From Gammaproteobacteria bacterium (GTDB lineage Bacteria > Pseudomonadota > Gammaproteobacteria > Steroidobacterales > Foliamicaceae), in contig OY762933.1 of NCBI GenBank assembly GCA_963666765.1, positions 1,854,553 through 1,918,552 on the forward strand: DNA of 64,000 nt, given 5' to 3'. The notes below the pieces were generated by a model. It made no database searches. It saw only the letters and a list, made by a program, of their open reading frames with translations, and had not been told where the DNA came from. Position 1 is the stretch's first letter. Each line of letters opens with the position of its first letter. The translations under genes and the position numbers were made by a program. This document shows positions 1 through 9,258 of the stretch, piece by piece.

Positions 1-1
1 C

Positions 2-550
2 CACCTGGTGGTCATGCTGATGACCCTGCTGCTGACGGTGGTGGTCGATCTCGTCACGGCCGTCGCGATCGGCCTCATCGTTGCCGGCATGAATCATGCC
101 CGGCAATTGAAGGGCCTGGAACTCGACAGCGTGGTTTCGGTGCCGGTGCTGGACCGGACGTTTTTCGCCGGCGAGGAAGGCATGGAGATCAGCGACCCGC
201 TGCAGGCGCGCGTGGGGATGGTAGCCCTGCGCGGCACCCTTACGGTGGCATCTTCACGCAATCTGGTCAGCGTGATCGGCGCCGACATCAAGGACCACGA
301 AGTCGTGATATTCGACTTTTCCGAAGCCCGGTTCCTCGACGACAGCGCCGCCATGGTAATCGAGCAGTTGCTCGACGTGGCCGGCGAAGCCGACACGAGC
401 GTGATTGTGGTGGGGCCGTCGGGCGGGGTCGCGGAGATGATCGATGCGCTGGACGTACTGCGGGGCGTGCCCGGGGACCAGGTGGTGGGCAGGCTGGACC
501 AGGCGCGCGGTATCGCGCGAAAACTCCTTGAGGAACAGCCCGCCTCTTAA
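2..550 (+). CDS. SulP-family anion transporter, C-terminal fragment with STAS domain (N-terminus outside window)
   Basis: The frame is open to the window edge. A terminal TM helix (LLLTVVVDLVTAVAIGLIVAG) is followed by a STAS-like module (ALRGTLTVASSRNL...HEVVIFDFSEARFLDDSAAMVIEQL). Confidence 0.7.
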   Translation, partial: HLVVMLMTLLLTVVVDLVTAVAIGLIVAGMNHARQLKGLELDSVVSVPVLDRTFFAGEEGMEISDPLQARVGMVALRGTLTVASSRNLVSVIGADIKDHEVVIFDFSEARFLDDSAAMVIEQLLDVAGEADTSVIVVGPSGGVAEMIDALDVLRGVPGDQVVGRLDQARGIARKLLEEQPAS

Positions 551-566
551 GGCGCGGGTAGTCGCT

Positions 567-2531
567 TTACTCGGGCAGCGCGAACGCGACCAGCGCGTCG
601 GACTGTGCCGTGCCGACGCGCGCGTTACCCCCGGCGGCGATCACGACGTATTGCCGGCCGCCGGCGCGATAGGTGATCGGCACCGTCATCCCCGGAGCGG
701 GAAGCTTGCCGGTCCACAGTTCCTCGCCGGTCTCGATATCGAGGGCGCGCAGGTTGTGATCCAGCGTTGACGCCACGAACACGAGGCCGCCGGCCGTAGC
801 GATCGGACCCCCCACGCTGGGCGAACCCCAGGCGAAAGCCGCCGGCAGCGTAATGCCCATGGCCCGCAAGCGGCCGAGCGGGATCTGCCAGCGCATTTCG
901 CCGCTGTCCATGTCGATGGCGCTCAAGGTCCCCCAGGGCGGCGGCGTGCAGGGGAAGCCGGACGGCGACATCCAGACTTCGCCCTCCACCCGGTACGGAG
1001 TTCCGCGCAGGGGACGGTTCAGGTAGTCCATCGGGCCCTCGGGCCGACCCTCGCCCGAAGGCGCGAAACGGATCCAGGTGGCCAGGTTTTCCGCCTTGAT
1101 CACCAGCAGGTTGGTGGCGGGATCGTAGGCGGCGCCGCCCCAGTTGCCGCCTCCCAGCGCCGAGGGAAAGAGGATGCTGCCGCGTTGGCTGGGCGGCGTA
1201 TAGAGTCCCTCGTAGCGCGACTGGTCAAACCGCTTGCGGCACCAGTTGCGGTCCAGCGCGGTAATCCCGAAGAGGCTCTCGCGGTCCAGTTCCGTGCGGG
1301 CGAAGGTGGCGATCCCCGTGGGTATGGGTTGGGTGGGCGAGGCGTTGTCCTCCGGCAGGTCGGACGGGGGCATTTCGCGCTCCTCAATGGGAAACACCGG
1401 TTCGCCGGTGGCGCGGTCAAAGACGAACAGGTGGCCGCTCTTGGTCTGCTGAATCGCAACATCGCGCAGCTCGCCGTCCTTGCGTATGGTCACGAGCAGC
1501 GCATGGCCGGGCAGATCGTAGTCGTACAGATCATGGTGGGTGGTCTGGAACGACCAGCGCGGCCTGCCGGAAGTCCCGTCGACGGCCACTACCGCGTTGA
1601 CCAGCGGCATTTCCACGCGCCGCCCGCCACCGTAGTAGTCGGCCGAGGGGCTGGTGGTGGGCAAAAACACAAGGTTCAGGCCCGGGTCGGCGCTCATCGT
1701 CGTCCAGACGTTGGCCGCCCCCGTCAGCGCGCTCGCTTCCGGAGGAATCGGATTGAACTCCCAGGCCATGTCGCCGGAGCGCACATCGAAGGCGCGCACG
1801 ACGCCGTCGATCGCGTCGGCCACGCCATCGTCCGAGCCGCTGCCGGCAACGACCAGGTCGCCCAGAATGGCCGGTGGCGACGACATGCCGCGCACCTGGC
1901 CCTCTCCGTAGCCCTCGTAGTCCCAGTGCGACACATACCCCGGATGCGCCGTGGCGGCGCCGAAATCGAGGCAGGCTTCGCCGGTGAGCGCATCGATGGC
2001 ATGAATGGCGCCGGTGAAATCGCCCTTGAAGATGCGCCTGGCACAGGGCTCGGACGATTCTTCCGCCTGTTCCCAATAGGCGATGCCGCGGCAGGTACTG
2101 GGGCGGCGCTCGCCGGCGCGTTCGGCCTCGCCGCCCCTGAGCGCGGCGTGCGCGTCGTAGACCCACTCCTCCTGCCCGGTGGCCGCATCGATCGCGAACA
2201 CGCGGTTAAACGGCGTGCAGAAATACACAAGACCGTTGACCATCAGCGGCACCGCTTCGTGCGAAGAGCCGACGCCCTGCGGCCCTTCGGCGTAGTCGCC
2301 GCTGTGATGTATCCAGGCCTGCTCGAGACCGCGTACGTTTTCCCGGGTTATCTCATCCAGCGGGGAATACTGGCTGCCGCCGGGGTCGCGTCCGAAATTG
2401 CGCCATTCGCCCGCAGCGTCGGAACTTTCCGGCGCCGCCTGCGCGTAGGCAGCCTGAGCCGTCGCGGCCATCAGCAGGCATGCCGCGACCCGAAGGCCCC
2501 GCAAGAGGGCGGCCCCTATTGGTGCGTTCAA
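567..2531 (-). CDS. PQQ-dependent (quinoprotein) dehydrogenase, secreted
   Basis: 654-aa ORF with a signal peptide (LRVAACLLMAATAQAAYA). The motif WRNFGRDPGGSQYSPLDEI and Trp-rich propeller repeats are typical of the PQQ glucose/alcohol dehydrogenase family. The listed start is TTG and overlaps the upstream stop (TTGA), so the true start may lie a few codons downstream. Confidence 0.8.
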   Translation of the reverse strand: MNAPIGAALLRGLRVAACLLMAATAQAAYAQAAPESSDAAGEWRNFGRDPGGSQYSPLDEITRENVRGLEQAWIHHSGDYAEGPQGVGSSHEAVPLMVNGLVYFCTPFNRVFAIDAATGQEEWVYDAHAALRGGEAERAGERRPSTCRGIAYWEQAEESSEPCARRIFKGDFTGAIHAIDALTGEACLDFGAATAHPGYVSHWDYEGYGEGQVRGMSSPPAILGDLVVAGSGSDDGVADAIDGVVRAFDVRSGDMAWEFNPIPPEASALTGAANVWTTMSADPGLNLVFLPTTSPSADYYGGGRRVEMPLVNAVVAVDGTSGRPRWSFQTTHHDLYDYDLPGHALLVTIRKDGELRDVAIQQTKSGHLFVFDRATGEPVFPIEEREMPPSDLPEDNASPTQPIPTGIATFARTELDRESLFGITALDRNWCRKRFDQSRYEGLYTPPSQRGSILFPSALGGGNWGGAAYDPATNLLVIKAENLATWIRFAPSGEGRPEGPMDYLNRPLRGTPYRVEGEVWMSPSGFPCTPPPWGTLSAIDMDSGEMRWQIPLGRLRAMGITLPAAFAWGSPSVGGPIATAGGLVFVASTLDHNLRALDIETGEELWTGKLPAPGMTVPITYRAGGRQYVVIAAGGNARVGTAQSDALVAFALPE

Positions 2532-3712
2532 GCGTTGCGCGTTGCGTGAACCCGGCCGAAGAACAGCACGCCCTTCTTGGCCTCGCGCACCGTAAATCCG
2601 GCCTTCTCAATTTCGTTGGGAAAATGGATGCTCGCAAACTCGTTGCGCCACACTTCCTGGTTCCAGCGATGGTCCCACCAGCGGCGGAACTTGCGATAGC
2701 CCGTCGGTGGGTGCTCGTCGGTCGGGAAATCGAACGGCTGAAACACGCCGTTCGGACGCGTAATGCGCCGCACCTCGCTAATGATGTCCCTGGTGATACT
2801 CGCCGGGGTCTCGTGAAAGACGATGTACGAAGCGACCAGGTCGAAGAAACCGTCCGGAAAGCCCGTCTTCTCGCCCAGCGCCTGCACGAAGTGCAACTCC
2901 CGGCCGAGTTCGACCGCGCGCATGTGCGCATAACGCACCATCGGGGCGGACACGTCCAGTCCCCACACCTCGGCATCAGGAAAACGGTCCTTCAGCGCCA
3001 GTGTCAGCTGGCCGGATCCGCAGGCCAGATCGAGAATACGCTTGACTTTGCCGTCTGCCGGAGGCTCGACCGCCGCCGCCAGTTGCGCGTGCACCTCGTC
3101 CTGGTCGTTATGACCCATGTAGAAGTGGTTGGTGCCGTAGTGATAGATGTGACCGGCAAAGGGATCGCCCACGTATCCGCCGGGCTGGACGTGGATTTCG
3201 TGCGAAGCGTATTCCGGAACCTTGAGATCGGAGTCCAGCTTCACCGTACCCGGTCCGGCCTTGTCGGCGGCGTCCAGCTCGGCCAGGTAGATATCGGCCT
3301 TGCCGTGGAACTCCTCCTGCAGGATCTTCCAGCTGATCAGCTGGCCGCTGATCCAGTAGCGCATGCTGGCGCCGATCACCGGGTCGCGTTCCAGGACCTC
3401 GCGCAGCGCCTCGATCGACATGTCGCTCGTGGGATCGATGCCCTCTTCCTTGAAGATGTCCTCGGCGCGAACCTGGGCGGCACGGCCGAGAGGACCGTTC
3501 GACCAGACCCTGAAGCCGGTCAGGAAGTCCTGGCGGCTCTCCAGGTCGAGGCTGGACAGGCGCTCCAGCTTGCCGATGTTGCCGCGCGGCTCAAAGTCGT
3601 ACGGCGGTGAAGGCGGAGTAACCGTGGACGCGCGCGCCTTGCGCGTAGCCGCCGCGGCCGTAGCGGAAAAGGCCGCGGCCAGGCCGCCCAGAATCGTGCG
3701 TCGATTCATCAT
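2528..3712 (-). CDS. Class I SAM-dependent methyltransferase-fold protein with twin-arginine-like leader
   Basis: Motif I ILDLACGSGQLT and post-I WGLDVS are present. The N-terminus MMNRRTILGGLAAAFSATAAAA resembles a Tat signal. It is coupled to the upstream ORF by an ATGA overlap, and its stop overlaps the PQQ dehydrogenase start. Confidence 0.75.
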   Translation of the reverse strand: MMNRRTILGGLAAAFSATAAAATRKARASTVTPPSPPYDFEPRGNIGKLERLSSLDLESRQDFLTGFRVWSNGPLGRAAQVRAEDIFKEEGIDPTSDMSIEALREVLERDPVIGASMRYWISGQLISWKILQEEFHGKADIYLAELDAADKAGPGTVKLDSDLKVPEYASHEIHVQPGGYVGDPFAGHIYHYGTNHFYMGHNDQDEVHAQLAAAVEPPADGKVKRILDLACGSGQLTLALKDRFPDAEVWGLDVSAPMVRYAHMRAVELGRELHFVQALGEKTGFPDGFFDLVASYIVFHETPASITRDIISEVRRITRPNGVFQPFDFPTDEHPPTGYRKFRRWWDHRWNQEVWRNEFASIHFPNEIEKAGFTVREAKKGVLFFGRVHATRNA

Positions 3713-4068
3713 GACTGCCTCCTTCTCATGTCAAAAAGTTCGCGATCCAGGGGCGGCGTCTGGTTCGAACGCGAAGCGCCCACCGTGATCGAACCGAAGG
3801 TCCGCTCGATGAAGCCGTCGCGCTCGGCCCGCCAGGCGGCCTCCTCCTCGGCGCTGGGTTTATATCCCTCGATCATCTCGCGGGTCACCTTGCCGTGGTC
3901 CTCCAGCAGGCGCTCGGTGATCTTCGTGCGCCGGGCCTGTACCCAGAGCTCGGTGCTGATCGATACCAGGGCCGTCATCAGGTGATCCATCGCCGGATCC
4001 TTCATGAACGTCGCCTGGTCCGTGTCGGACTTGATGAAATCGGCCGTGTAGCCGGGATTGTCACTCAT
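3709..4068 (-). CDS. Small hypothetical protein (about 119 aa), first gene of the methyltransferase/PQQ-dehydrogenase operon
   Basis: ORF 3709..4254 trimmed to the ATG at 4068, which is preceded by GGGGGAGA. An alternative ATG lies at 4083. I see no signal peptide and recognise no family. The stop overlaps the methyltransferase ATG. Confidence 0.5.
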   Translation of the reverse strand: MSDNPGYTADFIKSDTDQATFMKDPAMDHLMTALVSISTELWVQARRTKITERLLEDHGKVTREMIEGYKPSAEEEAAWRAERDGFIERTFGSITVGASRSNQTPPLDRELFDMRRRQS

Positions 4069-4147
4069 GGTTATCTCCCCCATGCTGAACCCTTGATTAT
4101 AGGGCCTCACTTGCGCCTCGTTTATCCTACTTCCGCGCAGGATCGGA

Positions 4148-4259
4148 GGTGAGTGACGCGCCCCCTCCCTGTCGGGAGTTTGTGAGCCAGGGATGGCGGA
4201 ACAAAGCTCCATGGATGGATTCATGCGTCTCCCGACAGGGAGGGGGCGCGTCACTCACC
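4148..4259. repeat. Perfect 31-bp inverted repeat flanking a 50-nt spacer (large hairpin)
   Basis: ggtgagtgacgcgccccctccctgtcgggag (4148-4178) is the exact reverse complement of 4229-4259. The element is intergenic, between the helicase stop (4285) and the small-ORF start. Confidence 0.9.
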
Positions 4260-4284
4260 GGAAGGCTTTGCAGAAAACTACGGA

Positions 4285-5853
4285 TCAGGAGTCGGGGGTG
4301 CTGAGGGAGAGAATGCGATCTACGCGGAAGGTTCGTTCGTCCCGGCGCAGCATGCACCATGCGCGCATGCCCAGAAACTCGCGACTCGAATAGGAGCGCA
4401 TGCCCACTTCCAGCGGCCGAACGCGGCGGCGCGTACGCACGTCGTTGCGCTTGAGGTACTCGATGTCCAAAGCGCTTTCCGTGGCGATGGCCTTCTCGAT
4501 GATTTCGAGCTTGGCATCGGCAGACAGGCTGCGTTCGGCACGCTTGTACTGCTCGCCGGTCAGGAAGCGCTGCACCCGCCAGTCGCAGCGAATGGAACCC
4601 GCCGTCAGCGGGCGGGTCAGCACCAGGCCTTCAAGGGAAGTACAGCGACTCAGGGCAACGTAGGCCTGCCCGGCGGCGAACACCCGGTCGAGATCGACCA
4701 CCATCCGCTCGAAGGTCTTGCCCTGGCTCTTGTGCACGGTCACCGCCCACGCCAGCCGGAAAGGAAACTGGGTGAAGGTTCCCGCCGGGCTGCTGACGAT
4801 GGACCCCTCGCGGGCCTCGAAACGGATCAGCTCCCATTCGTGGGGCTCGACGCGAACGCGGCGACCCGAATCGGCCAGGCGCACGAGCACATAGGCCTCG
4901 CCGCCGCCGATCTCCACGCCCTCGATCACGCCGATGCTGCCGTTGACCCAGCGCTGCGCGCCGTCGTTGCTCAGCAGCATGACCTGGGCGCCCGCCTTGA
5001 AGCGAAGCTGCGCTTCCGTAGGGTAGTACTCGCGGCCGAAGGCGCCCTGGATTACGGCATCGAACTGATGCCCCGGCGCGGCGAGCCCGTCAAGCCGGGT
5101 GCGGTTGATCAGTCCGGCCTTGCGGTTGGTGCCGGTCAGCGTGATGTAGCCGCCGTCATCGGGCGCCTCGAAATGGGGATCCACCCGCTGATTGAGGTGA
5201 TCGAGATCGCTGTCTTCAAGCGATTTCTTGCGAATGCGGTTCAACAACTGCACGAACCCCCGGTCGCGCTGCCGGAATACCCGCGTGAGTTCGATGATTT
5301 CGAGCTCGACGCCCTCGAGCGCGCGGGCGCTGAAAAAATGGGGGGAATCGTAGACCTGGCCCAGCGCCTCCCGCTCCAGCCCGGTAACCACCGGCGGCAG
5401 CTGGTAAAGGTCGCCGATGAACACCATGTGTACGCCGCCGAAGCGCGCGTTCGGGCTCGGACCGTAGCGCCGCAGAAACAGGTCCACGCAGTCGAGCAGG
5501 TCGGCGCGCAGCATCGATACCTCGTCGATGATCAGCGTGCGCAGTCTCCTGTAGAGACTTGCGTTGCGCGGCTTGCCGCGGCGCGCGGCGATTGCCTGGG
5601 GCGTTACGTCGATTCCGAAGCCGAAAAAGCGATGAACGGTCTGACCGCCCACGTTCAGCGCCGCCACGCCGGTAGGCGCCAGGACCACCGGGTCCCAGTC
5701 GACGCTTTGGCAGAAGTGGCCCAGGAGGGTGGACTTTCCGGTTCCCGCGCTGCCTGTTATCAGCAGGTGCCGGCCGCCCTGCTCCATGCCGTCAAGCGCG
5801 CGGGCGAATTCTTCGGTGATCTCCAGGTCCGGGGCGAGACTGTCCACGTGCAT
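4285..5853 (-). CDS. Pif1/RecD-like SF1B DNA helicase with C-terminal WYL domain
   Basis: Helicase motifs: GSAGTGKST (Walker A), LIIDEVSM (Walker B), GDLYQLPPV, VTVHKSQGKTF and YVALSRCTS. The C-terminal RRRVRPLEVGMRSYSSREFLGMRAWCMLRRDERTFRVDRILSL fits the WYL-domain pattern. I chose the ATG at 5853; the longest ORF start at 5892 would overlap lolB. Confidence 0.8.
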   Translation of the reverse strand: MHVDSLAPDLEITEEFARALDGMEQGGRHLLITGSAGTGKSTLLGHFCQSVDWDPVVLAPTGVAALNVGGQTVHRFFGFGIDVTPQAIAARRGKPRNASLYRRLRTLIIDEVSMLRADLLDCVDLFLRRYGPSPNARFGGVHMVFIGDLYQLPPVVTGLEREALGQVYDSPHFFSARALEGVELEIIELTRVFRQRDRGFVQLLNRIRKKSLEDSDLDHLNQRVDPHFEAPDDGGYITLTGTNRKAGLINRTRLDGLAAPGHQFDAVIQGAFGREYYPTEAQLRFKAGAQVMLLSNDGAQRWVNGSIGVIEGVEIGGGEAYVLVRLADSGRRVRVEPHEWELIRFEAREGSIVSSPAGTFTQFPFRLAWAVTVHKSQGKTFERMVVDLDRVFAAGQAYVALSRCTSLEGLVLTRPLTAGSIRCDWRVQRFLTGEQYKRAERSLSADAKLEIIEKAIATESALDIEYLKRNDVRTRRRVRPLEVGMRSYSSREFLGMRAWCMLRRDERTFRVDRILSLSTPDS

Positions 5854-5867
5854 TCGCCCCGCCCGGT

Positions 5868-6467
5868 TCAGCGAACCGGCGGCAACTCCCAATTCGTGAT
5901 CGCGACCTTCATGCTGGCGCCGGGCCCGGAAATATTGAGCCTTCGGGGAACGGCAAGGTCGCCCGAGCGGGCCAGCGCATTCACCTCGATGCGCCAGCCG
6001 TCCTGCCGGAATTCACGTACCGCGCCCTGACCGGAGCTGTATTCGGTGAACGGAGATCCGGGATCCGGCAGCCCGCGCAACCAGTAGGGAAGGCTTTTCA
6101 GCGGCGCGCTTTCGCACAGCATTTCCAGTTCATCGATCTGCATGCCGGGCGCGCACATCGAAACCCAGTCGCCCTCGCTCAACAGGTTGACGTCCCCGTC
6201 CTCGATCCGCACGCGCTCGGCGCCCACTCCCCAGGGCCCGCTCAGTTCGAGCTGGGCCAATGCGCCCTGCTGGCGCCACAACACGTTGGCCTGTGCACCC
6301 CGGCCCTCCCGGTTCAGCGCCACGCGGCCGCGCAGCCCCCAGGATTCAAGCTCCGCCAGCGCGGCCGCGTCCAGGACGGCGGGAGCGCGATTGCCGGCCA
6401 CCGTGCAGCCGGTCAGCAGCAGGACGACCGCAGCAAGAAGGCCGGCAACCGCGGCTGTCCGTCTCAC
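5868..6467 (-). CDS. lolB: Outer-membrane lipoprotein insertion protein LolB
   Basis: 199 aa with lipobox LLLTGC. The size and the conserved position after a TPR lipoprotein gene fit LolB. GTGA overlap with the upstream gene. Confidence 0.7.
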   Translation of the reverse strand: MRRTAAVAGLLAAVVLLLTGCTVAGNRAPAVLDAAALAELESWGLRGRVALNREGRGAQANVLWRQQGALAQLELSGPWGVGAERVRIEDGDVNLLSEGDWVSMCAPGMQIDELEMLCESAPLKSLPYWLRGLPDPGSPFTEYSSGQGAVREFRQDGWRIEVNALARSGDLAVPRRLNISGPGASMKVAITNWELPPVR

Positions 6468-8203
6468 CGCGAATACCTTTCGCGGACGGCCTCCAGAAGA
6501 GTCGTGTCCTCATACTGCGCCAGAGATTCGCGAAGCAGTTCGTCGGCCCGTTCGACCTGTCCCAGTTCATACAGCACTTCGCACAGGTGCGCGGCAACCT
6601 CGGGATGCGGAAAGCTCTCAAGCGCCTGCTCCAGCAGCCCGACCGCCTCCTCCTTCCTGCCCAGGCGGTAAAGGACCCAGCCCATGCTGTCCACGATCGC
6701 GGGCGAGCCGGGTTCCAGTTCCAGCGCCAGGCTGATGTGCCCGTGGGCTTCGTCAAGGCGTATGCCTCGATCCGCCAGCGTATAACCCAGGGCATTGAGC
6801 ACTTCCGAGTCACGCGGGTAGTCGGCCAGCAGGCCTTCCATCGCCCGTATCGCCTTGCGGTCTTGCTTCAGGTCCAGCAGCAAGTGGGCCCGCTGCATCC
6901 TCAGCGGCCGGCTTTGCGGCCGGTAGCGAAGGGCTTCCTCATAGGCTGCCAGCGCCTCGGCATCGCGCTCCGCGGACCGCATAGCGAAGGCGAAAAGCGG
7001 GAGGCTCTCGAACGCGTGCTCGGGATAGCGCCGGACATGTTCCAGGAGGGTAGCCAGAGCTTCGTCGAATTCATCCCGCGCCACGAACGCCCTGACCAGC
7101 AGCTCCGCGACTGCCGGCGCAAGCCGGCTTGACTCTATCCCGGCGAGCCACTCGATCGATTCCAGCCACTCCTCGCGGCCGGCTGTGATCTGCGCCAAGG
7201 CCATGCGGCAGGAATCCGCCTGGTGGCCGCGAGAAAAGAGCTCAAGATATATCGCTTCGGCAAAATTGCCGGCGCCCAGCGCCTGCAGAATCCTGGCCTC
7301 CTGCATTGCCAGATCGGGAGAGTCCGGGTCCGCCGCGCGGAGATTTCGCAGACGGCTCAAGGCCTCCCTGGGCTGGCGCGCTTCCAGCAGCAGCACCACG
7401 TAGTTCTGCTCCAGCGCCAGGCTTTCGCGAATGGCCAGCTGTTCGGTCAGCCGGGCAAGCGCCGCATCCGGTTCGCCGGCGCGCAGGAGCGCGGTGGCCG
7501 CGAGCACATGCGTGTCGTCGTCCCCGGGATTGTGGCGCAACAGGGAGTCGGCCAGACGGGCCGCCTGCGCATTTTCGCCCGCGGCAAGCGCAACCCGGGC
7601 CGCAAGACTCAGAACTTCAGGCGAATCGGGATGCTCGTCGGCGAGTCGGCCGGTCAGCGGCTCCAGGGCTGCCGTGGTCAGCGCGTCGGAATTGATGCCG
7701 TTCAGCCGTTCCTCGAACAATGCGAGAAAACGGGCGTCATTCTGTCCTGCCGAAAAACCTGCCCGCGCCGTATCAAAGGCCGCCTCCATGTCCCCGGCAG
7801 CCGCCTGCAGTGCCGTCAGCAGCGCCAGGGCTTCGACATCGCCCGGCGCGCGGGCGCGCCACACAGACGCCGCTTCCAGGGCCAGCGCGTACAGATCGCG
7901 CCGGAAAGCGAACTCGGCCGCGTCCCTGGCCTTCAGCGCTCCCGCGGCGTCCTCGGTGGAGCGTTGCGCGTCAGCCAGCAGCGCCCGGGCCATCTCGCCC
8001 GGGAAGGCCGGCCAGCCGGCCTCGGCCAGCCGCATCGGCGTGCTCGCGCAGGCCGCCAGGGAGAACCCGGCGAGAACGATGGCGGCCAGCCTGATGCGGA
8101 GACGAAGATCCACACTGCGATAATAGCCCCAGTGCCGGGTCAACAGGCCCCGCGCGGACAAGACCATGAACCCCGCCCTGCTGGAAAAACTCCGCGGCCT
8201 CAA
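6464..8203 (-). CDS. Tetratricopeptide-repeat (TPR) lipoprotein
   Basis: Long Ala/Leu-rich helical-repeat protein with lipobox LAGFSLAAC near the N-terminus. The start is uncertain: a GTG at 8113 would give a normal signal peptide and avoid overlap with prfA. Confidence 0.65.
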   Translation of the reverse strand: MRPRSFSSRAGFMVLSARGLLTRHWGYYRSVDLRLRIRLAAIVLAGFSLAACASTPMRLAEAGWPAFPGEMARALLADAQRSTEDAAGALKARDAAEFAFRRDLYALALEAASVWRARAPGDVEALALLTALQAAAGDMEAAFDTARAGFSAGQNDARFLALFEERLNGINSDALTTAALEPLTGRLADEHPDSPEVLSLAARVALAAGENAQAARLADSLLRHNPGDDDTHVLAATALLRAGEPDAALARLTEQLAIRESLALEQNYVVLLLEARQPREALSRLRNLRAADPDSPDLAMQEARILQALGAGNFAEAIYLELFSRGHQADSCRMALAQITAGREEWLESIEWLAGIESSRLAPAVAELLVRAFVARDEFDEALATLLEHVRRYPEHAFESLPLFAFAMRSAERDAEALAAYEEALRYRPQSRPLRMQRAHLLLDLKQDRKAIRAMEGLLADYPRDSEVLNALGYTLADRGIRLDEAHGHISLALELEPGSPAIVDSMGWVLYRLGRKEEAVGLLEQALESFPHPEVAAHLCEVLYELGQVERADELLRESLAQYEDTTLLEAVRERYSR

Positions 8204-9251
8204 GGCCCGCTTCGAACAACTTGAGGCCTCGCTGGCCGATCCTGAAGTGCTTTCGGATTCGGTGCGCCGCCGCGACGTGGGCCGCGAGCACGCCCGGCTT
8301 CAGCCTCTGGCCGGCCTGCTGGTCCGCCTGGAGAGGGCGCTGGAAACCGAGGCCGGAGCAGAGGAAATGCTCGCGGGGGACGACCAGGAATTACGCGAGC
8401 TGGCGCAGGAGGAGGCCGAAGAGGCGCGGCGCGAACTCAAGGCCCTGGAAGTCCAGCTTCGCCGCTTCCTGCTCAAGCCCGACCCGCGCGACGCGCGCGA
8501 CGTGTACCTGGAGATCCGCGCAGGCACCGGCGGCGACGAAGCGGCGATCTTCGCCGGCGACCTGTTCCGCATGTACACGCGCTATGCAGAGGCGCGCCGC
8601 TGGACGCTGGAGATCATCCAGATGAGCGAAGGCGAGCACGGAGGCTACAAGGAGATCGTCTGCCGGCTGGCCGGCAAGCGGGTCTTTTCGTACTTGCGGT
8701 TCGAGTCCGGCGCCCATCGGGTGCAGCGCGTCCCGGAGACCGAATCGCAGGGCCGCATCCATACCTCGGCCTGCACCGTGGCGGTCTTGCCGGAAGCCGA
8801 GGAGACGGGAGAAATCGAGATCGATTCCGGGGACCTGCGGGTCGATACTTATCGCGCTTCGGGCGCCGGCGGCCAGCATGTCAACAAGACCGACTCCGCG
8901 GTCCGCCTCACGCACCTGCCCACCGGAATCGTCGTGGAGTGCCAGGACGAGCGCTCGCAGCACAAGAACCGCGCCCGGGCGATGTCGCTGCTGCGCGCCC
9001 GGCTGCTGGACGCCGAGCAGAGCCGCCTTGAGCGCGAGCGCGCCGAAGAGCGCCGTTCGCAGGTAGGCAGCGGCGACCGTTCCGAGCGCATCCGCACCTA
9101 CAACTTTCCGCAGGGCCGGGTCACCGACCACCGCATCAACTTAAGCCTCTACAAGCTTCCGCAGATCATGGAAGGCGACCTTGACGGGATCATCGAGCCG
9201 CTGCGCCAGCACATGGAGGCCGAACAGCTCACCGCGCTGGACACCGCCTGA
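8166..9251 (+). CDS. prfA: Peptide chain release factor 1
   Basis: 361 aa with the GGQ motif ([23 protein letters not shown]) and [18 protein letters not shown] (PxT tripeptide). Confidence 0.95.
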   Translation: MNPALLEKLRGLKARFEQLEASLADPEVLSDSVRRRDVGREHARLQPLAGLLVRLERALETEAGAEEMLAGDDQELRELAQEEAEEARRELKALEVQLRRFLLKPDPRDARDVYLEIRAGTGGDEAAIFAGDLFRMYTRYAEARRWTLEIIQMSEGEHGGYKEIVCRLAGKRVFSYLRFESGAHRVQRVPETESQGRIHTSACTVAVLPEAEETGEIEIDSGDLRVDTYRASGAGGQHVNKTDSAVRLTHLPTGIVVECQDERSQHKNRARAMSLLRARLLDAEQSRLERERAEERRSQVGSGDRSERIRTYNFPQGRVTDHRINLSLYKLPQIMEGDLDGIIEPLRQHMEAEQLTALDTA

Positions 9252-9258
9252 CTGCCGG

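Noticed and set aside
8730-8745. RF1 tripeptide reads P-E-T (ccg gag acc), where E. coli has P-A-T
   Set aside because: The middle position of the PxT motif is variable among bacteria, and I recall Glu at this position in some lineages. The surrounding sequence [18 protein letters not shown] is otherwise canonical. This is not evidence for altered stop-codon recognition.
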